Shown here in pieces: positions 39,672 to 50,075 of a stretch of DNA of 64,000 nucleotides. Under the pieces are notes generated by a model. The model did not search any database. It saw nothing but the letters and a program-made list of their open reading frames with translations, and was not told where the DNA came from. The stretch covers positions 384,001 to 448,000 of the forward strand of contig JALVYU010000031.1 of NCBI GenBank assembly GCA_027022365.1, in the 5' to 3' direction. Made by a program: the position numbers and the translations under genes. The stretch's first letter is position 1, and each line of letters begins with the position of its first letter. Source of the stretch: Desulfurococcales archaeon. Its GTDB lineage: Archaea > Thermoproteota > Thermoprotei_A > Sulfolobales > Desulfurococcaceae.

Positions 39672-40730
39672 TTGATATACTGGTACAAACTACATTTTAC
39701 TTCACCGGTCCACGTCGGTGAGCGTGGAATAGGAGTTGAATCAGTAAGCAACGTCATACACTCAACAACTATTCATGGTGCATTGATAAACGCCCTACTA
39801 TTGCTGAACAGAATCAATCCACGGGACGTGAGAAACATAGATCTAAGGCTTAACACACCAGCACCAATACTCGATATAGAAGGTTCGACCGAGAAGCTCT
39901 TATGGCTGAGAGGCCTCCATATTCTCTGGGCAGAGAAGCTCAGACAGTATCTCAAAGACGATGTACGATTATACAATGAGCTCATTAAGAAGCTTAAGAG
40001 CACATTCCTTGTAACAAGCTCGTTCCTCGATCACGATATACTCGAGTGTCGCGTCGAGATGCATGGGGCAAATAGTCGTGATGAGGAAATCATGATCAGG
40101 TGCGGCGGCGATGAATATAGACTATTAAGTATTGGCGGGTACTTCGGGAACATCATATTAACTAACGATATCGGCGACACAGAGATCGCGGGGATAGCGG
40201 AGCACGAGATAAGGCCTAGGAACAGAATTGATAGAATAACAAGTGCCGCCGAGCCATACCATCTCGGACTGATAAGGTTTCATAAACCATTATTGCTTGG
40301 AATCAAGAATAATTCAAGCATATTATCTCGAAACGATATCGAGGCAGCACTAAGGTTTCTCGGCGATACAGGTATAGGCGGGGAGAGAACATATGGTTTC
40401 GGCAAGTTCTCATTCGAGAAAACAGACGGTATAAGGGTAAACAATGATGATCAAGCTAAGCACGTCGTAGTGCAGGGACTCTATTCTCCCCCGCCAGAAA
40501 AACTCGGTGAAATACTAGGGAATTCAATATACCAGTTAATGATATATGGCTTTAGAAGCGGATATACGGGCATTGTCCGCAAACCCGTGCCCGTGCTCCG
40601 TGAGGGTAGCATCATATATTGTGACGGGGAATGCAACGGCAGAACAGTTATTGATCGCGAGCCCCTGGGAACCATCATAAGATCATTTAATCCCATCACG
40701 ACCCCTTTCAAGACCAGCGATAATACTTAG
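39672..40730 (+). CDS. csm4: Type III-A Csm4 (Cas5)
   Basis: HFTSPVHVGE, IHSTTIHGAL, RNRIDR, LGDTGIGGERTYGFG, EGS. Confidence 0.92.
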   Translation: MIYWYKLHFTSPVHVGERGIGVESVSNVIHSTTIHGALINALLLLNRINPRDVRNIDLRLNTPAPILDIEGSTEKLLWLRGLHILWAEKLRQYLKDDVRLYNELIKKLKSTFLVTSSFLDHDILECRVEMHGANSRDEEIMIRCGGDEYRLLSIGGYFGNIILTNDIGDTEIAGIAEHEIRPRNRIDRITSAAEPYHLGLIRFHKPLLLGIKNNSSILSRNDIEAALRFLGDTGIGGERTYGFGKFSFEKTDGIRVNNDDQAKHVVVQGLYSPPPEKLGEILGNSIYQLMIYGFRSGYTGIVRKPVPVLREGSIIYCDGECNGRTVIDREPLGTIIRSFNPITTPFKTSDNT

Positions 40731-40740
40731 GTGTTACTCC

Positions 40741-41931
40741 ATGAAGTCGAATCTATTCACTAAATACGTACTGGAAGCAAGCGTGGTGTCCGAGGTTTTC
40801 ATCTGGAGCGGTAATGATGTACTGGTTGGTTACGATATAGTCTTTGTGAATGATAGGGCTTACTTAATCGACCATGATCTGATGGCCTCTAAATTGCTCG
40901 AAACAAGTAGCCGGAATATTCTTGGTGAACTGAAGAACGTTTTAGACAGGGGATTAAGTCTTCTGGGATTTTTGAAAAAATATGGCATTAGGGTTGATGA
41001 TATATCGCGGGATACCCTCCCCGTAAAGGATCGAAGGATATTAATGGAAACCTATAGATATGTGAAGGATCATATACGAATGAAAAACAAACCCTATATC
41101 CCGGGATCGGAGATCAAAGGGGTATTGAGAACGGCATTACTTAACTTCTTCGTCAGTACTGGGAAAATACCGAGAAAAACAATTGATGAAATCATGCAAG
41201 GTCTCGATGAAAAGATAATTAAAGAAAAAAATGCTGGATGGGGTGTTGAGAAAATATTTAAGATGATCCTATCATATGAAAACTATAGTAGACGGGTACA
41301 GCAACACTATGTTGATATCCTTCATTACCTACATGTTTCCGACCCTTTAGAGATGAGGAGCAGATACGCCGTTGACACCATAGCCGTTGTTAAACGCACT
41401 GATCCCGGAAAAACCACCGCTATACAGCCCATTATCGGGCTCGAAGAAGGATCGAGGTTTATCTATGAGGTAAACCTGTACAGGCCTATTAGAGAAGATG
41501 CATCCGGATATAGTACTGAAATCGGTAAGTTATTGGAGAAGTACAACAAGGTATATACCGTCTTCTTCGACGCATTAAGGTATTTCTCATTGAAGCTAAT
41601 AGATTATGAGATAAGGCAGTTGAGTAAGCTACCCAGTGCGCGCCAATTCGTAGAGAGGCTTAAGAGCTGGAGAGGCGAAGTCGAGGCCGGGAAAGCCTAT
41701 TATTTCAAGATCGGGTTCGGCGCCGGAATGTATTCTAAAACTATTTATCTTAGCCTTAACAGGAAAGAACAGGCCCAGCTCATAGATATTATGTCTAGGA
41801 AAATAAGGCGGAGGACCAGGGGAAAAATCCATGTATGGGATACACTGACCTTAAAACTAGTTGGTTCACGGTATCCTAGTGAAATCGTCCCCTTCGGCTG
41901 GGTAAGGTTTTCATTTAAAAACATTTCATGA
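40741..41931 (+). CDS. csm5: Type III-A Csm5 (Cas7-like)
   Basis: FIWSG, PYIPGSEIKGVLRTA, LHVSD, IGFGAGMYSKT, PFGWV. Confidence 0.92.
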   Translation: MKSNLFTKYVLEASVVSEVFIWSGNDVLVGYDIVFVNDRAYLIDHDLMASKLLETSSRNILGELKNVLDRGLSLLGFLKKYGIRVDDISRDTLPVKDRRILMETYRYVKDHIRMKNKPYIPGSEIKGVLRTALLNFFVSTGKIPRKTIDEIMQGLDEKIIKEKNAGWGVEKIFKMILSYENYSRRVQQHYVDILHYLHVSDPLEMRSRYAVDTIAVVKRTDPGKTTAIQPIIGLEEGSRFIYEVNLYRPIREDASGYSTEIGKLLEKYNKVYTVFFDALRYFSLKLIDYEIRQLSKLPSARQFVERLKSWRGEVEAGKAYYFKIGFGAGMYSKTIYLSLNRKEQAQLIDIMSRKIRRRTRGKIHVWDTLTLKLVGSRYPSEIVPFGWVRFSFKNIS

Positions 41932-41945
41932 AACGGTGAGCAGTA

Positions 41946-44855
41946 TTGAGTAATTACCTGTATGAATTAATATACAGCGCCCTCCTCCACGATATCGGTA
42001 AGATCAAGAACAGGGTTGAGAAGAGAGGGTTCCACGAAAAGCACAGCGTCGAATTTCTAAGCCTATACGCCGACATGTTCAAAAAGATCGGTACTAGATT
42101 CGATGTTATCGAAAAACTGGTGTTATGTCATCATATCAGCCGCAGAGATCGTAGGGGTAGAGAGGAGCTCCATATATGTAGCAATCTTAGTGATGAGGAG
42201 CAAAGCCTCCTAGGGACGCTTCGCGAGGGGGATCACAAAGCCGCCCCCGACAGGATCACCAGAGAGAATCCTCTCGGCGGTGGAGAAGGCTCGAAGAAGC
42301 TGTTGAAGCTGGTCTCGCCTCTATGGGTTAAAAACTATTACGACCTGACAAAGAACAATGATAAGCCTATAAATATTGAAGACTATGCGGAGAACATTAT
42401 AGCTAATAGCAGGATCTGCTATAATCCTGTACCATTGACTGTTCTTAGCAAGTACGGTTCAGGTGTTTCAACAATCATTAACTCTTACCAGGCCAGTCAA
42501 TGCACTGATGAACAGTATCTTAATGAGTATTATAGGTTGATCCTTAGGGATCTCGAGGACAAGTTCGACAGGCTGAGGGAACTCGTGATCCACGACTACA
42601 TGGATAAAGACACGGTTCTAGCCTCCCTAATCAACTATATAAGGTACTCGCTACTACTCGTACCCGATGACGTCTATAATACATTGTTTCCTGATACAAG
42701 TCTCGCGGTACACTTAATACTGTCTTCGGCCCTCGCTTCTTCATACTATATCGGGGGATCAGATAAGATACGGGTTGCACTCTTAGATCTAAGCGGTATC
42801 CAAAACTATATTGCCTCGTACGCTAAGACCAGCGGCGTGCTGAGACAGATAAGAGGCCGTTCCCTACTCCTACAACTCGTAATGCGTGCATCCGCTGAAT
42901 ACATACTTGATAGACTAGGATTGCCTCCAGTCCATCTCATCCTCCTACGAGGAGATAACGCGTTATTCATTCTGCCCGAGAAGATCAACGACGAGGATAG
43001 CGGCAAACTATTCCTCGACGCCGCAAGAGAGATCGAGGAGAGCATCTATAGGATCTTCCACGGCGACATATATGTTGCAGCAGCAGTATCGGAGCCATTC
43101 ACCCCCCTATATAGCATGCCATGGAAACCCGATTTCGGCGAGAAAGGCTTCTCCAAAGCACTCATCGAACTCGGCGAAAAACTAAGCCTTGACAAGATGA
43201 GGAAGTTCTCACGAATAACCAGCTCGCTAAGCGAACACGTAAGCCTCGATGACAATGATCAAAAAAGTGTAGATGAGTGCGAACTATGTAGAGCAACGCT
43301 ATACAAGGATAAACTCGTCGACATAAGAAAGTATGGTAAAGCCTGTGGACTTGACTACCTAGATGCAGAAAAAGCCTGTCTAGCATGTCTATTCTCCCAT
43401 ATAGCCGGCTACGCTGCCGAGAATCTCAGCTTCATAATAGAGATCCGCGACAAGAAAATAACCGAGAAAATATTCAATGACCTTCTGTCCGGGGAACTAC
43501 CCTCCAAGTTCAGGATCGAGGACTATAAGATAGGTATAATACCATTAGTAGGGCTTGACCGTACATATATACTTATATCATTCCAGGAAAAGAACGCGGA
43601 AAAACATAGTAGTAAAAACGTTGATGAAGAATGGAGGAGACTATATAACTTCCTAATAAACATTGTTATTGATAAAGTCCTCAAAACATACGGATATGAA
43701 ACATATTCTTCAGGAATAAAAACTATCCGTATAACTGTAATGAAGATTAATGACCCGCTCAATTCTATTCCAAAGCAAGAATATTGTGGGGCAAGACTAC
43801 CGACTATGTTAGGTCATGGTATCCGTGTAGTATATAGCTTCACAACATTGTTCACTAACTTTACCACAAAAGGAATGAATGATCTAGGTGAACTCGCGGA
43901 AGTTGATAAAGAAAAAGAGACCTATCTATCATGGATAAAAATCGATATTGACAGGATGGGTGAGAACGGATTATATCTTATTGGAAGTATTAGTCGTTAT
44001 ACTACATTATCGGAGCTCGTCAATTTCTTCACTAACATGCTGGGGTACGAGCTATTAAAGCAGAAATCAAAGCGCTTGGATGGCGGGGAGGAAGGAATAT
44101 GGAGGAAATCTATTGTGGTCTTCAGCGGCGGAGACGATACTCTTATTATATCACGCTTTGTCGAGGGACTCTATTACTTGTACTACTACCATGACTGGTT
44201 CAAGAGGTTCTTCGGCGAAATAAGCGGTAAAGAACCATTGACCGTCTCAGCAGGCATGTTTGTATCGGAGGCAGATTATCCGTCATACCTGGCTTATAAG
44301 GAGGCCTTAAGGCTATTAGAAAAGGCTAAGGACGAGGGAAGAAATAGGATCAGCACGTCTATCCTCGATCTACACGTACCATCAGCAAAGGATACCGTCT
44401 CCTCAAAGCAGCCGAAGAAAACCCTTGAATGGGATAAATTCAAGAATATCATCTCATTATCCACGGATACCACTGTAACAAGTTTCGTCAAAGAACACAA
44501 GGTACTAGCGTTCAAAATAGCGTCTTTAATGGAAAATATCAGCGCCGCATCATACGGCATCCTCAATAGTATAGCGTCCGGATCCCCTATACGGAGGGAA
44601 CAATACAGGGAACTCGCAGAGAAGATCGTTGCATACACTTATGTCTATAAGAAGTTCGAGAAAACAAGTACGGGTGGCTCATCGCTCAAACAAGTACTCG
44701 ACACCATAACGAATAAGCTAGGGGTAGGTGATGCTACGCCGAAAAACCTGATCGATCTAATGGTCAAGGACAAGATAGACGAGATACTGCTTATAACATC
44801 CAGCGTTTACAGGGCATTATCCTTAATCCTACTGAGGATCAAGGAAAACATCTAG
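41946..44855 (+). CDS. cas10: Cas10/Csm1 with HD nuclease and intact cyclase Palm domain
   Basis: ALLHDIGK, DTSLAVHL, DLSGIQNYI...RGRS, CELC...CLAC, KIDIDRMG, SGGDD. Confidence 0.96.
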   Translation: MSNYLYELIYSALLHDIGKIKNRVEKRGFHEKHSVEFLSLYADMFKKIGTRFDVIEKLVLCHHISRRDRRGREELHICSNLSDEEQSLLGTLREGDHKAAPDRITRENPLGGGEGSKKLLKLVSPLWVKNYYDLTKNNDKPINIEDYAENIIANSRICYNPVPLTVLSKYGSGVSTIINSYQASQCTDEQYLNEYYRLILRDLEDKFDRLRELVIHDYMDKDTVLASLINYIRYSLLLVPDDVYNTLFPDTSLAVHLILSSALASSYYIGGSDKIRVALLDLSGIQNYIASYAKTSGVLRQIRGRSLLLQLVMRASAEYILDRLGLPPVHLILLRGDNALFILPEKINDEDSGKLFLDAAREIEESIYRIFHGDIYVAAAVSEPFTPLYSMPWKPDFGEKGFSKALIELGEKLSLDKMRKFSRITSSLSEHVSLDDNDQKSVDECELCRATLYKDKLVDIRKYGKACGLDYLDAEKACLACLFSHIAGYAAENLSFIIEIRDKKITEKIFNDLLSGELPSKFRIEDYKIGIIPLVGLDRTYILISFQEKNAEKHSSKNVDEEWRRLYNFLINIVIDKVLKTYGYETYSSGIKTIRITVMKINDPLNSIPKQEYCGARLPTMLGHGIRVVYSFTTLFTNFTTKGMNDLGELAEVDKEKETYLSWIKIDIDRMGENGLYLIGSISRYTTLSELVNFFTNMLGYELLKQKSKRLDGGEEGIWRKSIVVFSGGDDTLIISRFVEGLYYLYYYHDWFKRFFGEISGKEPLTVSAGMFVSEADYPSYLAYKEALRLLEKAKDEGRNRISTSILDLHVPSAKDTVSSKQPKKTLEWDKFKNIISLSTDTTVTSFVKEHKVLAFKIASLMENISAASYGILNSIASGSPIRREQYRELAEKIVAYTYVYKKFEKTSTGGSSLKQVLDTITNKLGVGDATPKNLIDLMVKDKIDEILLITSSVYRALSLILLRIKENI

Positions 44856-45390
44856 CGAAACAAAACCCATAAAGCAATGTATCAAATTACCATCACTACT
44901 TTTTATACCCAACAGTAATGCCTACTTTCTAGCACCACGCTCAGCCCCACTAATTATTTCCTTCACCTTATGGGAGAACTTCTTTATCATCGAATACTAG
45001 AATCTTTTTCAAATGGTATCTTTAACTTATCCTTTATGTATCCATTTATTATTAGTAGGCGGTATCTATTTGAATTAAAATAAGCTATTAGATTGACCAG
45101 AATATTCTATCATAAAATCCGTATTTTTACTCGTCCCAGGTTTTCTTAAGATATTCTCTGCCTAGCCCGTGGCATTTAAAATACTCTATAGTATCCTCGC
45201 TGTGAAGTAGCCATTTTATTTAGAAGACCTTAAGAGCACCTAATTAGAGCATGTATGGGTATTGTTCTCCTAGGGATAAATTGTTTATATTGTTTTTGTA
45301 ATTGAGGCTAACAAGTTGTTTGTGGAAAGGACTAAAAATTCTAAAAACCATATATATGTTTAGATCTTCTACTCTGCTGGTGTAGCATTA

Positions 45391-46890
45391 ATGTCAGGTC
45401 TGAAGATACTACTTATTGCCCCTTGGGGATACCCCCCTCTATGGAGGACTAGTAATTATCAATTGAATAATGTGTGGATTGCCGGAAGAACATTTAGTGG
45501 TCGTTGTACGGGTTGTAGTAGTTCTCTCTGCCTCTACTTCACATTAAAGTCGAGTAGCAAGATTGCTGACACATGGCTACTTGTCATAGGATCTGACTCA
45601 GTTATAAGTCCTGAAAAACGTTGGCCTATAAGAGAAAATGTAGAAAAATGGTTTAATGATATAAAGAAACAATTATTCGATACAACCAAGTGTGAGGAAA
45701 TTAGTAAAAAGAGTGAATGGCTTGAAGACATATATGTAGAAGTCGTACCCAGTATAGGCCAGTATTATGGATATTACTTCAAGGGAGACATTATTGAAGT
45801 ATTCGTCGAAGCATACCGTGCTATAACCAACTATATGGAAAAACTGAAACCAAGTATCATAGTACTAGATACCACGCACGGCCTAAACATATTAACAATA
45901 GCTACGCTTTACGCTACAATAGCAGCTTCAATAATATATAATAAGAAAGTCTATATTTTCAACTCAGAGCCCTATCCACCAGGCACAAGAACTAAGGCTT
46001 GCGTCAAAGGAGAGAAACCTGTTCCTATTGATAATACACCCGAGTTAAACATACATGACATATCGACTCTGCAATGGATTATAGATTATTTAAGGGCACT
46101 AAACTTTCTAAGGTATCTTAATGAAAAGCCTTTAGCAAAAATGATCAGAGTCATTGAAGGCATAGAAAATCCGCTCATAAATAAGCTTGTCACAAATATG
46201 ATCTGCATGATTGAGGCATTAAGGACTGGATTACTTGGACTAATATATAATAACAGTAAGTTTTCCAACGGAGAAAACATATCATTCACAATAAGAAGTA
46301 TTGTTGAAAAACTAAAAGAACTACCCAAAATACAGAGGGATAAACCATGGACAAAGCCCATAGTCAGAGACAAGAACGTCGAATACGAACTAAGCATTAA
46401 GGATATCCCGATAAGATATATACCAATACTCGATGCTCTAAGAAAGATCATTGGGGAATTAGAAGGGCTCGCAGAGATTGAATCGTTAAAAGAGTTTACG
46501 AAGCAAATTGCTATACTGCTTGACAGTAAAGGATACTGGGAGAAGAAGCAGATCATTGTACATGAGGCATTCGATCTATTAGATATTGTTGAGGAAATAT
46601 ATGAGAATGAAAAGACAACCGAGATCGATAGAGAATTACTCAGAAAGTACTGGAAGAAAAGGAAAGGTATAAAGGACGATAGGGAAGGAGCGTCGGCGGA
46701 GTCAAGTCACGAGCTCGTTTCGCCCAGAAATTTCGCCGCTCATGCTGCTTTAAACCATAATGTGCTTGAGAAGATCAAGACGAGTGATGATGGAAAAGAT
46801 ATTGTTGAAATAGTTTACAACTACACTGATCTCAAGAAAACAATCAAGCAAATCGGCGATAAAACTAGTCTGATGAAATGTATATCTTGA
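45391..46890 (+). CDS. csx1: CARF-HEPN ribonuclease Csx1 (MJ1666 family)
   Basis: APWGYP..W, DTTHGLN, NSEP, HEPN RNFAAH. Confidence 0.92.
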   Translation: MSGLKILLIAPWGYPPLWRTSNYQLNNVWIAGRTFSGRCTGCSSSLCLYFTLKSSSKIADTWLLVIGSDSVISPEKRWPIRENVEKWFNDIKKQLFDTTKCEEISKKSEWLEDIYVEVVPSIGQYYGYYFKGDIIEVFVEAYRAITNYMEKLKPSIIVLDTTHGLNILTIATLYATIAASIIYNKKVYIFNSEPYPPGTRTKACVKGEKPVPIDNTPELNIHDISTLQWIIDYLRALNFLRYLNEKPLAKMIRVIEGIENPLINKLVTNMICMIEALRTGLLGLIYNNSKFSNGENISFTIRSIVEKLKELPKIQRDKPWTKPIVRDKNVEYELSIKDIPIRYIPILDALRKIIGELEGLAEIESLKEFTKQIAILLDSKGYWEKKQIIVHEAFDLLDIVEEIYENEKTTEIDRELLRKYWKKRKGIKDDREGASAESSHELVSPRNFAAHAALNHNVLEKIKTSDDGKDIVEIVYNYTDLKKTIKQIGDKTSLMKCIS

Positions 46891-47061
46891 TAATGGGATC
46901 CCTGCTGGAAGGAAATCAGTATACATGTTAGTAGACGATCTAGGGATGGGTGTCTTTATTGGTAAACAGTATCTCTAATACTGTATTTCAATTGGTGCCT
47001 CAGTGAGTTTGAGGAAGCTGTTCAACATCATTGATTGATGCTCTGTAAAAACATGTTTTTC

Positions 47062-47895
47062 TCACTGCTTCTCTATGCTTAGCAATGTTTTTGCGAGCCT
47101 GACGGCTTCTGGTAGTGGTCTGCCGTTTATTGTTAGGCCCAGCCTATCGGTTACGGCCCATATCTCCTGGGGCAGCTTCTTCTCTGTGAGTAGCAGGCTG
47201 AGGATCTTCTTCATGTTGTCTGTTAGCTCCAGCTCTATCACTGGTATTTCGATTATTCTTCTCATGTACTCGTGTATGTAGTACGCTGTATCTATTCCGA
47301 GGATGCTCGAGGCCAGGAGGAGGAACCCTGTCTCTGGCTTGAATCCCGCGGTGAGGTTTACTAGGACTCTGTCGTAGTCTCTGCTCTTGGCCACTCTCCA
47401 GGCGATCTTCTCGATGAGGTTCAGGATCCCTCTCCAGAAATCCCTGCCGAAGCCCTCGACCATGACCGCCTCGACGCCTCCGACCCGGTGGCCCTTCCCA
47501 AGGTACTCGTCCCCGAGGCCATGCCTCCCCAGGTACTCCATGATTATCCTCGACGCAAACATGCTCGTACCCGTATCGGTCGGGTACAGGACGATATCGT
47601 GGATCACGCCGCTGTAACCCCTGCTTATCAGCAGGTCTACGTATCCCATGAAGGAGTTCAGCTCGGCGGAGGCCCGACGGGGATCAGACTGCACATACGC
47701 CAGGACATCCCTGAAAACACTGGACGATACACGGGCGTGCTCGCCCGCGTCCTTGTCCCAGAACGAGTCGGGCGCCGCGCGGGACCACTCCCTGAGCCTC
47801 TCCGCGTGCTTCCCGAGTATATCGTATTCAACAGCGTCTCGAGCCGCATTCCTAATAATACTGGTCCCAACCGTTGTCAAGTGGAGAAACCTCAA
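47062..47895 (-). CDS. crn1: CRISPR-associated CARF protein, APE2256/Crn1 ring-nuclease family
   Basis: TTVGTSIIRN, SAELNS, PTDT, NLTAGFKPE, YYIHE; TTG start after GGTGAT RBS. Confidence 0.8.
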   Translation of the reverse strand: MRFLHLTTVGTSIIRNAARDAVEYDILGKHAERLREWSRAAPDSFWDKDAGEHARVSSSVFRDVLAYVQSDPRRASAELNSFMGYVDLLISRGYSGVIHDIVLYPTDTGTSMFASRIIMEYLGRHGLGDEYLGKGHRVGGVEAVMVEGFGRDFWRGILNLIEKIAWRVAKSRDYDRVLVNLTAGFKPETGFLLLASSILGIDTAYYIHEYMRRIIEIPVIELELTDNMKKILSLLLTEKKLPQEIWAVTDRLGLTINGRPLPEAVRLAKTLLSIEKQ

Positions 47896-48599
47896 GAGAT
47901 CACCACCAACCAGTAGTATTGTTCTAGTAGGAATAAAACATTGTCCGTCTCCCACAGGCCCACCCAGCCCCATATACCCTCTACGTGGACGCTGATCCCC
48001 AGGGCGTCTCCAGGGATCTTGATCTTTTTCAATTATTGGATCTCTGGCGGATGTAAACCGGGGAGTTACCAGGCACCATAGCCCCCAAACACACAACCAG
48101 AACAAAAAAGACGAAATACAAATCATAAAATCACAGCTGAGCCCTCAAACCCTTCCAGAGAGAATATCTCCCATGATCGCGCCACAGCCACATACACTCG
48201 TCAGGAACACCTATTCAGCAAAAACGAACACCAAGCCACAGATAAACACCAACATGAACGACAACAACGTTCCACAGCCTCCCCATAAAAACCCAAGAGA
48301 AAAACTGGTTACCCCTCCCCATCGTTCACAAAACGTTCGTTTCCCCAGTTCATTTTAACTGTTCATTTACGCCGGGAGAACATTGAGGAAAAATAATGCT
48401 GGATACAGCTGAGCTGTATAAACAACCGGACACGAAACAATTCTTCACCCACACCCCGAGCCGTTCAAATACTCGTCCACAGCCCGAGAAACAACTATTA
48501 TAGGGGGCGTTCACGAACAACAGTTCACAAACAATAAATTCGCCCACGTTCACATTTTTACGAACACCTCATCTGTTTCCTCTAATCAAATTTACAGAA

Positions 48600-48624
48600 G
48601 AATATACTGGAGAAAAATTGAAAG
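48600..48624 (+). repeat. Solitary CRISPR-repeat-like unit of a second family
   Basis: GAATATACTGGAGAAAAATTGAAAG ends in canonical crenarchaeal ATTGAAAG; opposite orientation to array 1. Confidence 0.4.
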
Positions 48625-48647
48625 AGAGCCCTGAAAGACCATATTAC

Positions 48648-49000
48648 CTCCAGTTTATTCTTGTTTGTCTCTCGGATAAACACCACCACGTACCCCTTGA
48701 TCAATAATCCGGTGCTCAACCTCTTTCAGTTCTATTTGTTTGTTTCATACCCATGACTTTCAGTTTTCTTTGTTTGTATCGATCACGCTTTGAATACCTT
48801 TCTTACGGGCGTATTCCCAGAACTCATAGCTTTCAGTTATTTGTATTTGTTTCCCTTCAAATCCCGACTACTGGGCGAATAATCCCGAATACGAAGAGAT
48901 AATCTTTCAGTTTTTTGTGTTTGTTTCTGGATGGTTCTCAATTAGCTTCTGGAACGAATACAAGTATATCATCATCCTTTCAGTTCTTTTTGTTTGTTTC
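48648..49000 (-). CRISPR. CRISPR array 1: 6 degenerate 24-nt repeats, 5 spacers
   Basis: Repeats (+ strand consensus CTTTCAGTTNTNTNTGTTTGTTTC) at 48648, 48723, 48757, 48830, 48904, 48977; spacers 51, 10, 49, 50, 49 nt; leader on the right. Confidence 0.92.
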
Positions 49001-49129
49001 TGTTCTTGTTTGTTTATTTGGTTGTTTTAATATTTTATGTTTTGCTCTGGTGTTTTCCCCAACGATCCATTGGCCCGGTGAGAGCCACCATAAACCGGTT
49101 GGTATAGATCAGCGATAAAGTGTTAAGCA
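49001..49129 (-). promoter_or_regulatory. CRISPR leader 1
   Basis: Abuts first repeat; near-identical inverted copy at 52689-52818. Confidence 0.88.
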
Positions 49130-49145
49130 TAGGCTAACACAGAAT

Positions 49146-50057
49146 ATGGTGGGGGTTGTCTTGGTTTTGTTTGGGGACTTGTTTGGTGGTAGGTGGTTGT
49201 TTGAGTCGGGTGTTTCCGGGTATTTTTTGCTGCGTGTTGTTGTTAGGGTTGTTTGTGATGGTGGCTGGGTGGTTCTGCCTCCTTTTACGGGGAAGGTTGT
49301 GAAGTCATTACTTATCCGTGGTTTTGGTGGGCTGGATAGTGTTTTTGGCGGTGTGTTTAACCCTAAGCCGATCCATGTCTCGCCCCTGCTTGTTGGTGGT
49401 AGGTGGTTGTGGAAGCGGGGCGGTGAGAGGGGGGTTCTCCGTGTCCGGTGCGGGTCTGAGGCGGTCTTCTATGTTGGGTGTACTGAAGATGTTGCGGGGA
49501 TGGTTTTTAGTGGTGTTGAGGGGCTGAGTGGTGCTGAGCTATTTAATGCCCGCTGGGAGCTCGTCTCCCTGGATATTGAGAGGTATGATCTCCCCTCGGA
49601 GGACCTGGGCATCGGGATCGATGGGCATGACAGGGTTGTCGTGGAGTTTAAGAGCCCCGCCATACTCGTCGATCCCTATAAGGCCTCGCCCAGCAACCCG
49701 AGGTTCCTGCCGCTTGCAGGGGTCTTGTTCTCGTACAATATAGGTGATCTGCTCCGTATGAGGAGGCGGGAGCATAGATGGGAGTCGAGGTTCTGGGCCG
49801 CTGTCGATATTGTCAATGCTGTCCTGCACGAGCATAGACGTATACTGGACAACATATATACCGTCACGTATAACTATGATGGCAGGATAGGCTACGGGGT
49901 CGGCGGCAGGGCGGTCTACTATATCGTTAAGAGGATTATAAGGGAGAAGCCCTGGGTCAAGGCGTTCCTGGAAAACATAATCGTGCATGCAAGGATCATG
50001 GGCGTAGGCTCGAGCAGGGCGAACGGATTCGGCCACGTATCTATAAGGCTAGAGTGA
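49146..50057 (+). CDS. cas6: crRNA-processing endoribonuclease Cas6 (true start may be ~49197)
   Basis: LPPFTGKVVKS, VSPL, VEFKSP, C-terminal GVGSSRANGFG glycine loop. Confidence 0.93.
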   Translation: MVGVVLVLFGDLFGGRWLFESGVSGYFLLRVVVRVVCDGGWVVLPPFTGKVVKSLLIRGFGGLDSVFGGVFNPKPIHVSPLLVGGRWLWKRGGERGVLRVRCGSEAVFYVGCTEDVAGMVFSGVEGLSGAELFNARWELVSLDIERYDLPSEDLGIGIDGHDRVVVEFKSPAILVDPYKASPSNPRFLPLAGVLFSYNIGDLLRMRRREHRWESRFWAAVDIVNAVLHEHRRILDNIYTVTYNYDGRIGYGVGGRAVYYIVKRIIREKPWVKAFLENIIVHARIMGVGSSRANGFGHVSIRLE

Positions 50058-50075
50058 CAACCGCCTCATCACCGC

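Noticed and set aside
44860-45390. Gene remnant between cas10 and csx1
   Set aside because: Only short minus-strand fragments with many stops; no assignable family
47896-48126. 77-aa N-terminal extension of the ring nuclease in the ORF track
   Set aside because: Family motif begins at FLHLTTVGTS just after a GGTGAT RBS and TTG at 47895; the extension looks non-coding
48300-48600. Replication origin (ORB array)
   Set aside because: Motifs do not match the ORB consensus with G-string and there is no cdc6/orc1 or whiP nearby
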